Below, piece by piece: positions 50,493-63,380 of a stretch of DNA of 64,000 nt. Position 1 is the first letter of the stretch. Each line of letters starts with the position of its first letter. The stretch covers positions 11,811,609 through 11,875,608 of the forward strand of contig NC_057754.1 in the NCBI RefSeq assembly GCF_004010195.1, given 5' to 3'. The notes beneath the pieces are model-generated. The model was given only the letters and a program-made list of their open reading frames with translations, was not told the origin of the DNA and made no database searches. A program made the translations under genes and the position numbers. The DNA comes from Chiloscyllium plagiosum. Taxonomy: Eukaryota.

Positions 50493-51899
50493 AATTCGCA
50501 CCGGGAGCTGTTGCTGCTCAACAGTGCCCAGCACTGACATTTTCAGCCGTTCTACGCTTCATCTTTCCGTTCCCAATAGTTCCTTGTTGTCCAGCGTAAT
50601 TGGCATCATCGAAAAGGCAAGAAAATCGTGTGAAATTGCTTGCAAAATATAGACAAGGATGTTGTCAGGGTTACAATATTTGGACTACAGGGCGAGGCAG
50701 TGTGGAAAGTTTGTAAACTGAGTGTTTATGTTTTTTACCCAAGGTGGGGCGAGTTGAAAATTAACAAGCATAGGTTTAAGGTGAGAGGGCTAAAATTTAA
50801 AGAGAGACCTGAGACGCATTTCCCACACAGAAGGTTGTGCGTGTATAGAATAAGCTACCAGAGGACGTGAGTGCACTCAGAATATTTCAAAGGCAACCGG
50901 ATGGGTTTTTGGATAGGAAGGGTTTAGGGGGATAGGTGGCAAAAGTAGACACAAACGACTTGAACAATTGTTAAATATTAGATATTAGCAACAATTATTC
51001 TTGTAAACAGTTCATAGCAAACTAGAAAATGATTAGAAATCTCATATTGCTATCCATAATGTGTGGAAATGATCATTAGTTATTGGAATGCAAAAGATTC
51101 AGCAGTATCTTACTTCATAACGCTGAATATTAATCCAATGATTATTGAGAACATTCAAATAAGAAACAATCAGATATTTGTTGTGAGTGCCTGATGGGAA
51201 ATGTTTGGTTGGTTTGTGGGTGTGTTGACCTGAAATAAAAGATACACCTTTCATTGTATTACTGGCACTAAGAAATAATGGAGTAAACTATTATGTGAAT
51301 CTCACGATGCTTGTTACAAAACTTAAACTGAACTACTGTATGACTGTTGGAATGACAATGAATTGACAATTAATTTTAGAATTCTGACAAAGTAAATGGT
51401 ACAATATTTCCCAACGAGTTTGCTCTGCTGTCGATTCGATATTTAGTAAGGTCAGTGAAATCCAAATTAAAATACTGGCATGATGAGTTCTCAAAAAACT
51501 GACACATGTAGCAAGTATTGATCAGAATTGTTTTGTCATTCAAAACTCTCAGATATCGTATAATTCTAAGCTTCGTGTTGCTGCTATTCTTCTGTAGAAA
51601 TACAATATGTAATTGTTGCAATTTTTGTGGCATTAATGTTTTGACATTCATGACAGAATAACAAAGAAAATAAGTAGATAAAGAACATATGTATCAGAAA
51701 AATACAGTAAACGGCATTTATGGAGAAATTGCTTTCAATATTGTCTCCAGAGAAAAAAAAAACAGCTGATTAAGTTTAATGGTGATCTGATCAAAATGCT
51801 CGCAGTGACTCATGTACTGAGTCACAATTACACTTTTGTATGGGTGATTGGGCTGGAAACTTGCCTGTACCCAGAACTGGCGTCATCTTCGATTTTTTT

Positions 51900-52125
51900 T
51901 TAGAAAACATCCCCTGCATTGTGGAAACTGGCTCTTTGGCCCAGCAAGTCCACACCGACCCTCCAAAGAGTAACCCACCCAGACCCATTTCCCTCTGACT
52001 AATGTACCTAACGCCGTGGGCAATTTAACCTGGCCAATTCACCTGACCTGCACATCTTCGGACTGTGGGAAGAAACCAGAGCAAACCCATACAAACACCG
52101 AAAGAATGTGCAAACTCCACATAGG
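51900..52125 (-). mobile_element. HE1-like SINE, 5' truncated
   Basis: gtggaaactggctctttggcccagcaagtccacaccgacc...gtgcaaactccaca. Confidence 0.85.
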
Positions 52126-52978
52126 CTGGAATTGATTACTATTAGCATCCTCAGCTGTAAGTATTTTAGTTTGACTATTGCCCTAGGAAAGATGTAACAT
52201 GTAAACAATAAAAAGGTTTCTCTTGCTTATGTTTCTGTGGGGCAATCGCATTATTTTAATAGCATTTTGCTGTTCTGTTGGTTCGATATTCATTAAAAAT
52301 GGTAAACTGTGGATTAAAATATAGTAGCTGGCTTTAAGGATAGGTGAAAAAATAAGAGCCATTCACCGAAAGTTGAACAGAATTGTTTTTGCTCAAAAAT
52401 GCAGGTAATAAATAAAATATATATTTATATCTATATACTGGTATTCTTCTAGAGCAATGTTATCTTAAATTATGTAATTATTGTTATCAATGTTGATATA
52501 TTTGTGTCAGAATTAGGAAGAAAAAATCCATACAATCAAAGTGAACATTACACTGAACAAAAGCTACATTGAGTGACATTTGACTGGAAAAGGAATTTTC
52601 ATAAATATGTCATCAATGTACGTTGATATATAACATTTAAATAAGAAAGACAAGACTGGAACAACTTCAAAGCAGTTTTCTTATTATGAAACGAAAATAA
52701 TACGCATGAATTGAAAAACAGTCTTTAATGTGTCATATCAGCTGAAGACCACTTGCCATTTTCCAGAAATGCAGGACTTCCAAAAATTCAAAATTTAGCG
52801 TTGGTGAATAATACAATAAAATATATGCAACATCAGCTTTCTCTTGCACACAGGAAAGAACAAGAAAATGTAAAAGATTTTCAGCATGAAAAAGATTTAG
52901 TTCTTAGTATTACAATCAATATCCATTCAAAAGTGTAATTGTTTCTTTAAGCAGCAGACATTTTGTTTAATTACTAAG

Positions 52979-53776
52979 GTGAGGGTGAGTTGGAGGTTTG
53001 GATTAGGAATTGGCTGGATGGAAGAAGACAGAGGGTAGTAGTTGATGGCAAAGTTTCTTCATGGAGTGCCGTCACTAGCGGTGTTCCGCAAGGATCTGTT
53101 TTGGGACCATTGCTGTTTGTCATTTTTATAAATGACCTGGAAGAGGGGTTAGAAGGTTGGGTGAGCAAGTTTGCGGATGACACAAAAGTCGGAGGAGTTG
53201 TTGACAGTGAGGAAGCATGTGGCAGGTTACAGCAGGATATAGAGAAGCTGCAGAGCTGGGCAGAAAGATGGCAAATGGAATTCAATGTAGCTAAGTGTGA
53301 GGTGATTCACTTTGGGAAGAATAACAAAAAGATGGGGTACGGGGCTAATGGTCGGATACTTGGTAGTGTGGATGAGCAGAGGGATCTTGGTGTCCATGTA
53401 CACAGATCTCTGAAAGTTGCCACCCAGGTAAATACCGTGGTGAGGAAGGCATATGGCGTACTGGCTTTTATCGGTAGAGGAATTGAGTTCCGGAGTCCTG
53501 AGGTCATGATGCAGTTGTATAAGACTCTGGTACGACCGCATCTGGAATATTGTGTGCAGTTTTGGTCGCCATACTATAGGAAGGATGTGGAGGCATTGGA
53601 ACGGGTGCAGAGGAGGTTTACCAGGATGTTGCCTGGTATGGAAGAAAAATCGTATGAGGAAAGACTGAGGCACTTGGGGCTGTTTTCATAGGTTAGGTGG
53701 GCTTGGATCGGCGCAACATCGAGGGCCAAAGGGCCTGTACTGCGCTGTATTCTTCTATGTTCTATGTTCTATGTTC
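52979..53776 (+). mobile_element. Young 5'-truncated CR1 LINE with uninterrupted RT C-terminal ORF
   Basis: 233-codon ORF with GVPQGSVLGPLLF, SKFADDTK, WAERWQM and LVRPHLEYCVQFWSP. (TTCTATG)n tail. Confidence 0.95.
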
Positions 53777-55989
53777 TAAGCTGAAATGTAAGATATAGAT
53801 TGCATTTATTGGTTGGACTGAGGCCAAAGGTTTACGTGGTAATTGCTCTCAAAAACAATAAAAGACTTAGGTTACTCTACTGAACAGTGATTGATGCTAA
53901 TGAAGATCTATGTTCCCCCATGTGCTGTGTTTTGTGTGAGCACTGATTTCAATAATGCAGATTGAATAATTAGGTTGACAAGGATCTTATTTAAAAATAA
54001 TGAAGTCTTGATGCTAGCATTGCTTTGGAAACACACTTAAACCAGCATGCAATAAATGAGAGTTATGCAAAGTCAAAACATTTCAATCTGACATTCAGTG
54101 TACATCGGTGAGTGAAAAATTAAAAAGAAAATCAGACAATTCATAATCTAAACAATAATTTAAAAATCACTTTGAGCAAAGGATATAAAGACATTAGAAA
54201 AATTACAACATTTCGTTACAATTTCAGGAAATCAGCTGATTGATGAATAATAGGAAGTGGCATTTGTTTAATTTATTGAAGAAGATATTGATTTTCATTT
54301 CATTGAGAATAAGCTTTTATATGTTTTATTTGTTTGAATGAAGCTCTTTGGAAAAATAATTGATGAATATTTATCATTTAATGAAATGAAAATTAAATTG
54401 CTTTTGCCAAACACGTGCATTGAAATGAAATAATGAATTCATCATTCAATGTGCATACTCTGCTAAAGCGATCTTTTATTCTTTCCGAATATGTACACTT
54501 TCCAAGATTTCAATATTAACTGTGACTGCTTAATGAAAGAACAGAGATGTAAGTTTCTTTCTGTACTCAGAAAATTCACATGAATTTAAACAATTTCGTC
54601 ACATCAAAAATAGTTAACTTTCACTGTAAGTCGAAAAACTATAAAGGCTAGATTTGAAGTGAAATATCATGAATTTAATTCAGCAAAGTTTCCAGGTTAA
54701 GATATTAATCAATATTCATAAAGATTAAGAGATTGCACACTGTAATATCTTTATATTAGTTATTATATGGAGACATAATTCTACGACCCCCTTACTGGTT
54801 TGAACAATTATGAGATATTAGCAACAAATGAATGGCTACTAGTAAACTGAAGAATAGCGAGATATCTCATCTTGCTATTGGACAGGACAAAGCATAGAAA
54901 TAAATATTAACTTTTATTGTGATCAGTATTTTGAGATTTGTATCAGATTTAAGAAGAAAATGAACAATTAATATGAGAACTTCAGTGAATGAAAAACTCA
55001 GTAAATTAAATTTACAGAGGCAACTCTCAGTATTTGCTCTGATGACCTGATAAATAATATTAATGGGCATGCGCTGAAAATGTTTAACAAAACCAAATTT
55101 ACACTTGGTGTGCAATATTTGGGCTGAAAACCTGTTTGAGAAAAGCAAAAATCAGGACCATCAACACTTCTTCGTGTTAGAACCCGTGGTCTTTAGGAAT
55201 AAAGAATATATGTTGCTTTGAGCGACCAGTGTTGTGTGCAATTACTGCAGTTATTGGAAGTAATGATAACCAGATACTTACTGAGATGCTTGCTTTCAGG
55301 AGCAATAAGATAGTTACTTAGATTATTCCACTAAATAGTAATTAGCTGGTCATGAAGACATTTGTATGGCTTTATGTGCAATGTTTTATGTGAGCATTGA
55401 TTTCAATAACATTGAAATAGTTCACAAAATTTAGGAACAGGTTGACAATGATATGTGAAATCAACAATTTGAAAAAAAATCTTTGGTAGAATTCCTTCTC
55501 AAACACAATGAAACCATTCTGCAAGAAGTGATATAAATGTGAGGCATGCAATTTTCAAATGACCACATGCCAAAATTTTCAAAATATATTAAACTTTCAT
55601 TCAATATGAATAGGTGAATGAAAAATAAAGGCAAATTCTCGACGATTGATAAATTGAACTATAATTAGAAATTTAATTTGATCAAAGGACATAAACATAA
55701 TTAAATAATTTGCAATATTTAGTTAGAAATGGAAGGAATCAGCTGACTAATGATTAATAGGAAGTTACATTTCGGTATTTTATAGTAGAAGAAATCAACT
55801 TTCATTACACCTTTATAATAATGGAGAACAATGAATTATGTGCTTGAAATGTTTGAATTCAGCGCTTTTTCACCTTTATGACTGCAATGTTCTCAAACAT
55901 CTTCCACAAATTTAGATCCAGGAGAATTACATACTTCCTTTTCATGGGAACCTGAAGAAAATATCTTCTTTTGAATCAAAGGGAAAAAA

Positions 55990-56280
55990 TGGGCGGCACA
56001 ATGGTTAGCACTGCTGTGTCCCAGCGCCAGGGACCAGGGTTCCGTTCTCATCTCGGGTGACTGTCTGCATGGCATTTGCACATTCTCCCCATGTCTGCGT
56101 GGATTTCCTCCCACAATTCAAAGAATCTCAGGCCAGGTGAATCGGCCATGCTAAATTTCCCACATGAATACATTATTCGGGGTAAATATAGGGTAGGGGT
56201 TTGGGTGGGCTACTCTTTGGAGGGTCGGTGTGGATTTGTTGCGTCAAAGGGCATGTTTCCATACTGTAGAGAACCTACTC
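55990..56280 (+). mobile_element. HE1-like SINE
   Basis: gggcggcacaatggttagcactgctgtgtcccagcgccagggacc... Confidence 0.85.
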
Positions 56281-58002
56281 TAATGAACAGCAGAGCGTGA
56301 ATTAGTCATTCAATGTGACTGTTCACGTGAAGACAACTTTCCTCCATTACAAAAAAGTTAAATTTTCAAACATTAAAAAAGATTGTTTAATGAAACAACA
56401 AAGAGATGTTTTTTCTTTTTTGTTGTGTGAAACATCAGGAATTTCAAATTATTTTTTAGCATGAAGAATAGTTCATTCTTATTGTGATTATAAACACAAT
56501 AAATGTTAGCATTGAAGTGAAAATACTTAAATGAATTCAACATTGTTTTCACCATTAAAATAAAACTTGATACTCACAATGATTGAGAGATTATACACTG
56601 CAATATTTTTATATTGTTCATATACTGAGTTGTAATTCCACATTGATGAAAGATACTGGATTGAACAATTATTAGAAATTCGCAGCAAGTGGATTATCAA
56701 AATTCTATCAGTCAGTTTAAGAATAATGAGAAATCTCATATTGCTGTTTGACTGAGCAATGTATAGAAACGAACAGGAATTATTCCAACGAAAGGTAATT
56801 ATAGTTCTCTGAATTTTTTAGTCAGAGGTTATTGTGATTTTTCAAATGAGCAAATATCAGACATTTACAAAGAGTGTTTGATTGGAAGTCATTGGTTCCA
56901 TTGTGGGATAGTTTACCTGCAAAAATAATGGATTTTTATATTGTAGCATTCGTTAAACTTAACTTAAAATTAACTTAAAATGTGAATTTCACTATATTTG
57001 TTAGACTAATTGAAATACTTGTGCAATTATTGCAATGATAATGATTGGACAATTAATGTTGTCTTGGAAACAAATAAATTGATTCAATAGCTTAACAACA
57101 CTATGAAGGTTGGTAAACAAAGGAATATAACATTAGGTTTAAAGATTGAACCAAAAAAAACGAGCCATTCAGTGATTATTGGACAAAGTTTTGTTTTTGT
57201 TTTAAAACTTATAACAAATCAAGATCATCAACATCCCAAAAATGTTGGTGCTAGCATCCTCAGCCATCTGCAATAAAACAAACTATTGGTTTTAACTGCA
57301 TATGCAACTGTGTAATTACTGAATTGAAATATAAGATATCGATTGAATTCGTTGGATGGAATGACCAGCAAATGTTAACTGTGGTTCTTGCTCTCAAGAA
57401 CAAGAAGAAACTGAGGTGATTCTGCTCAACATTAATTATATGATCACCAAGACCTTTGTGTGGCTCGATATGCCATGTATTGATTTCAATTACATTGAGA
57501 TATTTTATGTGATATCAGAATGGATTAATGATTGGGTGTTAAGTGAGATATTTGCAACATCGATATTCAAGTGAACAGACTCCAATATTTTCAAAGCATT
57601 TCAATTTCACCCTATATATGAGTAGGCGAGTGGCAAATAAAAGGAGCTCTCACTACATCAATTAAAGAGGAAGGAGAAATTTAATTTGATCAAAATATGG
57701 AGCCATAATGAGATTAATTACAATATTTTGTTGTATAATAAAGGTAATCACAGACTGAAGAGCAATAGGAATTGGCATCTGTTTCATTTACTGAAGGAGA
57801 AATCAATTTTTTATCTTGCACAGTAGAGAAAAAGGACTGAGGTACGTGAGGTGCTGAAATGCATATTGTTTATGTGTTAAATGTTTATTGAAACTCTTGC
57901 AGGATTGAATTCACAGAATATATCATATTTGAACATTCCTGAGCTGATTGGCAGTAAAATGATATTGCTCACTTTATGGATAATAATGGGATTCTTTTTA
58001 AA

Positions 58003-58310
58003 AATTCTCTACAGTGTGGAAACAGGCCCTTTAGCCCAACAAGTCCACAGCGACCCTCCAACGAGTAACGCACTCAGTACCATTTCCCTCTCACTAATGC
58101 ACCTAACACTATAGACAATTTAGCATGGCCAATTCACCTAACCTACACATCTTTGGACTGTGGGAGGAAGCCGGAATGCCCAGACGAACCCACACAGACA
58201 TGGGGAGAATGTGCAAACTCCTCACAGACAGTCGCCCGAGGCTGGAGTGGAACCTGGGACCCTGGTACCGTGAAGCCACAGAGGGAACTACTGAGCCACC
58301 ATGCTGTCCC
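58003..58310 (-). mobile_element. HE1-like SINE
   Basis: acagtgtggaaacaggccct...ggactgtgggaggaa...actgagccaccatgctgtccc. Confidence 0.85.
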
Positions 58311-58590
58311 AATTTTTATCAGATATTTTAAACAAAAAAATCATTATTTAGATATTTTAAGTTTTAAAAAATACAATGTTCTCAAATTAAAAATTTACAG
58401 ATACTACAATGAGATACATATTTTTGTTAGTGACCTGAAGATAATAAGTTGCAGAGTTCTGTGATTATGGGAATGAACAACAGATCGAAGCAAATCCAAT
58501 GTTGAATTGAAAAGCAAATTTTCGAACCAACATTCTGAGCTGCTCTGACACATGTCTATTGAAGGTGGGAATGCCTTCTAGTCTTGTAGT

Positions 58591-58798
58591 CATGATTTGG
58601 AGATACCAGTGTTGGACTGGGGTGTACAAAATTGAAAATCACACAACACCAGGTTATAGTCCAACAGGTTTAATTGGAAGCAAACTAGCTTTCGGAGCGA
58701 CACTCCTATCACCTGATGAAGGAGCGTCGCTCCGAAAGCTAGTGTGCTTCCAATTAAACCTGTTGGACTATAACCTGGTTTTGTGTGATTTTTAACTT
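58591..58798. mobile_element. Palindromic non-autonomous element (Penelope-type terminal repeat) with 12-bp TSD
   Basis: Inverted arms at about 58628-58707 and 58720-58799. Flanked by TAGTCTTGTAGT at 58579-58590 and 58799-58810. Confidence 0.85.
58710..58744 (+). ncRNA. Minimal type I hammerhead ribozyme
   Basis: CAC-CTGATGA-A-GGAGC(GTC)GCTCC-GAAAGCTA-GTG: intact core, 5-bp stem II, palindromic AGCT stem III and stem I CAC/GTG. Confidence 0.75.
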
Positions 58799-59054
58799 TA
58801 GTCTTGTAGTTGAGACATTGCCAGAGCTACACAAGAGCCTTTCATTATGTTCTCACCAAGGAAGGGTGGGAGTATTGTCACATCTTCACTGTGGTTATGC
58901 AAATGAAAACTAAACAAGATTCGTTGCGATAATTGGCCTGATTCTGTGTGTAATGGACTAACAATGACGTCGTAATTCAAAATAATAACGGTACAAAGCA
59001 CAAATGGTCTCAAATCAGAAAATTTTGCAACATGAGGAACTCAGAAAAAAAGTG

Positions 59055-59190
59055 TTATTCCTGAAGAAGGGCTCATGCCCGAAACGTCGATTCTCCTGCT
59101 CCTTGGATGCTGCCTGACCTGCTGCGCTTTTCCAGCAACTCACTTTCAGCTCTGATCTTCAGCATCTGCAGTCCTCACTTTTTCCCTTCC
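59055..59190 (+). mobile_element. Short Penelope-type terminal repeat carrying a hammerhead core at 59059-59090
   Basis: TC-CTGAAGA-A-GGGC(TCAT)GCCC-GAAACGTC-GA, then gatgctgcctgacctgctgcgcttttccagc... Confidence 0.75.
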
Positions 59191-60074
59191 TTCCAGTACT
59201 GTACAACTTTCAACAATTCAAAATTTACTCTGATTGATAAAGGAAAGAGCAAACAGCTGTAAATTCTTTTTCTTGTTTACACAAAAAACTCACAAAATTT
59301 GAGCTAATTTTTCACATTGAAAATACTGAACTCAGTGTAATCAGAAATGTTAGCATTGCAGGAAAATATAATCAAATCAAAACACACATCGATATACACA
59401 ATTATTGGGAGATTGAACACTGCAAATCCTTTTCATCAGTTGATGTACTGAGCCATAATTCCACTGTTATACCCCTTAATGTACTGAGCAACTATTAGAT
59501 TTTAGCAATAACTAAATTATTAATATGCTATGAGTGAACTGAAAATAAATAAGAAATCTCTCATTGCTATTTGAACAAGCAATATGTATAAATAAACAGT
59601 ATTTATTGGACAAAATGTCATTAGAATCTCATGATGGATGACGCTGTGATTACTTTGACTGTTCAAATGAGTAGCAATCAGCTATTTCCAATGAGCATTG
59701 GATGGAAAATTAATGCTTTTGTTTTATGAACTTGAATAAAATGCTTTGGTTTATTGTAATATTGGCACTAAGAGATAATGGATTAAGGTAAGATATGAAT
59801 TTCAGAAGTTTTCTGACAGGTTTCTAGTCAAACTATGAGTGAAAAATTATGGCTCAGTACATCAGTAACTGTAAACATTTTAAACACATGCATTAAAGAT
59901 ATTTGTTAATTCAGAACAAAAATTGAAAAATGACCTCTGTAAACGTCATTGGCCGTATCTTTCGACTATACTCAAGTTTGTTGTTTACCTATTTTCGTCC
60001 TAATTCTGACAGTCACGGTTAAATATTCATTATATTAAATGTCATGTGAGTTACACATTCCTTTACTTGAAATG

Positions 60075-61085
60075 AGCATAGAACATAGATCTGTGCAGCA
60101 CAGGAATGGATACTTTGCCAATGACTTCGTCCTGAACATGGTGCCAAATGAAACTCCTCTCTTCTGCCTGTCCTTGGCCCAAAACCCTCCAGCCCTTCCA
60201 TATTCATGTGCCTATCTAAATGACTTGTAAACGCTCCAATTGTATCTGCCTTCACCACCACCCAGGAAGTCCATTCCAGGCACCTACCACTCTCTGTAAA
60301 AATATATTTATCCCTCCCATCTCCTTTGAAGTCCCCAAAATCCACCCACCCCATTCCCTGCCCCACCATATCAAGTGCATGCCACATCGTTTTTGACATT
60401 TCAATTCTCAGAAAAACATTCTGACTGTTAACCCTATCTATACATATCATATTTTTTCATGATTTGATCAAGTCTCCCCTCAGAGCCCACTGCTCCAGAG
60501 AAAATATTCTGTTTTTTTCTAGCATCTCATTATAGTTCATACCCTCTACCAAAGGCAGCATCCTAGTAAGCATCCTCTGCACCATCTCCAAAAGCCTCTA
60601 CATCCTTCCTGTAATGTGGCGAACAGAACTGAACACTGTTCTATAAGTATGGCCTAAACAAAGTCTTATAAAGCTGCAACATGACAATCTGACTCTGGTA
60701 ATCAATTCGCTGACCAAAAGAGATAATCATGCCAAATGCCATCTTTACCACCCTATCTACTTGCGTGTTCTATTTAAGGGAGCCATGGACTTGAATTACA
60801 TGATTCCCATGAACAACACAGCAGTTCATGGTCCTGACTTTCACCACATAATTTTCCTTATTATTTAATCTCTAAAAGAGCAGCACCTCACACTTACATG
60901 GATTATACTTTATCTGCTATTTCTCCACCCATTTCTGCAGCTTTTCTATGTCCCACTGTAATATTCCATAACTCTCTACACCATCCACTATTCCCCCAAC
61001 CTTTGCATTATCTGCAAAATTACTAATCCATATTTTCATCCAAATCATTTTTTGTATGCCATCCCAGTACAGATCCCTGTGGAAG
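60075..61085 (-). mobile_element. Decayed CR1 LINE 3' part
   Basis: catagaacatag tail, CR1 C-terminal residues (ADTIGAFTSHLDRHM) and an SNFADNAK-like RT motif near 61000. Confidence 0.85.
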
Positions 61086-62559
61086 AACGAGGGAAAAATA
61101 GAATTCTTGAATAAATGAGACTCTTGAATGACAAAACAATTCTGATCAATAATCTCTGAATGTTATTAACAAAACAATATTTTAATCCTCAGTTTACCAA
61201 TCTTAATGAATATCTAGTCAAGATCAAAGCAAAGTGCTTTGAAAATATTGAATCGTTTTAATTGTTGTGTTCTAACATTATATTCCTTCACAGAATGAGG
61301 GTGTTGCTGTAGAGGCTAGCAGTTATTTCCCATCCCTAATTGCCCAGAAGACAGTTGAGAGTCAGCTACGTTGTTGTGGGTATGGAGTCAGACCTGCCGG
61401 TCACACCGTAATGAAATTTAGTCTTTGTAACAAGCATCATGAGATTCCCCCTTTATTTTTAATCCATTATTTATTGATGCCAGTATCATCATGAAATATT
61501 AACATTTTTTCCGGTCAACACACCAGCAATCAACCAAAGATTTTTCATCCAACACTCACAGTAAATATCTGATACTCTTTCATCTGACTACTCGTTTTAA
61601 TGGAAGGATTATTAATCAACTTTATCAATTATAAGAAGTCGAATTAATTTTCACAACAATATGTCAGTTCTCTCCAACATATTGCACAGTCACATTGCAA
61701 TACAAATTTTCTCATTATTCTTAAATTTGTTTTCAGCTATTTTACACAATTTTCTTGCAAATAACGAACAGGTTTCAATACAATATATCCAGCTGTAGAT
61801 GTGGAAGTATGGCTTAGTACATCAACTGACTCAAAAAATCATTGCACTCTACAATCTCCCAAACATAGCTACATTTAATTTTATGGGTGGAAACTTAGTT
61901 GGATTGATTTGATTATATTTCACTTCATTGCTCACATTTATTGCAGTTCTTGCTAAAAATCCATTAAATTTCCAATGATTTCATCAAATACCACATGTTT
62001 GAAAAAAAGGGAATTTGCTTTCAGCTGATCTGTCATCTTTAATACCTTTTCTTTTTTCCCAATTCATGCACATTATTTTAAATTTTTAGTTCAATGTATG
62101 AAGAAGTGATTTGAAGATACAGAAATGTTAAAGCTTTTATCCCAAATTATTTGTCAATGTACAATATTTGCAGAAGTGTGTCACAATTCTTCTTTCTACC
62201 AAATGTAATGGATTGTACCTTTCACGAACAAGGGTAATCACATTCATTTCTATTCACGTTCTGTCTAATTCTGTCCTAAATATCTAACCACTGATTGTAG
62301 TGAAAATTTGACAAATTATAAGTTACATTTCTCTCCAAGAAATACAATGGAAAGAAAAGAGAATTCTTGAATCGCCTGCATTTTTGAATGAAATCATAAT
62401 TCTGTTTGATAATGACCATTAATTTTTTTTCAACCAATCAACCTAGTTACCTTGTTTTAATCCTGTTTACTGATCTTAATGAATATTTAATCAACATCAA
62501 AGTAAGCTACTTTGGAAGCACTGGAACAGTTTTGTTTTATTAGAATTCTAACATTAATT

Positions 62560-62700
62560 ATAAATAAAAACCGAAAGATCTGTAGATGCTGTAGTTCAGG
62601 AATAAGAACTTGAAATTGTTGGGAATACTCAGCTGGTCTTGCAGCATCAGTGGAGAGAAAGCAGCGTTAATGTTTTGGATTGATTGACCTTCTGCAAAAT
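62560..62700 (-). mobile_element. Degenerate copy of the hammerhead-bearing short repeat
   Basis: Reverse complement resembles 63103-63240. Confidence 0.5.
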
Positions 62701-63102
62701 GGTCCTCAGTATCAACACATCTGCAAACAAAAAAATGACTTCACATCTAGTTTTGTAGAAAATATCACATTTTTTTCTTATTTGAATACTGATAATAATC
62801 ATTGCTTATTATTCAGCCTGAGCAATTCACTCCAATAACTTCTGTTGATTGTTGAGTCAAATAACAATGAGATATGTCACTATTCTTTAGTTTACTACTT
62901 TCAGTTTTTTAAATCTAATTATTTCCAATATCTAGTAATAGATTTTTTTCAATCCAGGTTTCCTACAATGTGGAAATATGGCTCAGTTCATCAACTCATG
63001 GAAACGTTTACATTGTATATTCTCCTGATCATTGTGAATATTGATTTTCACTTCAACAATGGAAACTCTGATTAAGTGAATTCGTTGTGAACAAAAATGT
63101 AT

Positions 63103-63240
63103 TTTGAAGAAGGGTCACTGGACCCAAAGCATGAACTCTGCTTTCTCTCTGCAGATGCTGCCAGACTTGCTGAGCTTTATTCCAGCAACTTCTGATTTTA
63201 TTTCTGATTTCCAGCATGCACATTTCTTTGGTTTCTTGCA
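63103..63240 (+). mobile_element. Degenerate copy of the hammerhead-bearing short repeat
   Basis: tTGAAGA-A-GGGTC(actg)GACCC-aaagc followed by gatgctgccagacttgctgagc...ccagca. Confidence 0.6.
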
Positions 63241-63380
63241 TTGATTGTCTTTCACATTAATGCTAGCATTATATATTTCTAACTATTACAATAAGAGCTA
63301 ACTATTTTTCATGCTCAAAATCATTTAAATTTCATGTGTTACTTCTGTACACAAAACAAAATTAACATATGTTTGTTCTT

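Larger units (their letters stand above)
50950..63360. repeat. Old AT-rich kb-scale repeat array, interrupted by transposons
   Basis: Recurring block (gaacaatt..tag..attagcaa...gaaatctcatattgct) near 51036, 54862, 56730 and 59553, and reversed near 61700 and 62865. A second block (ttgctctcaa.aacaa...gatttcaat) near 53840, 55290 and 57385. Confidence 0.7.
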
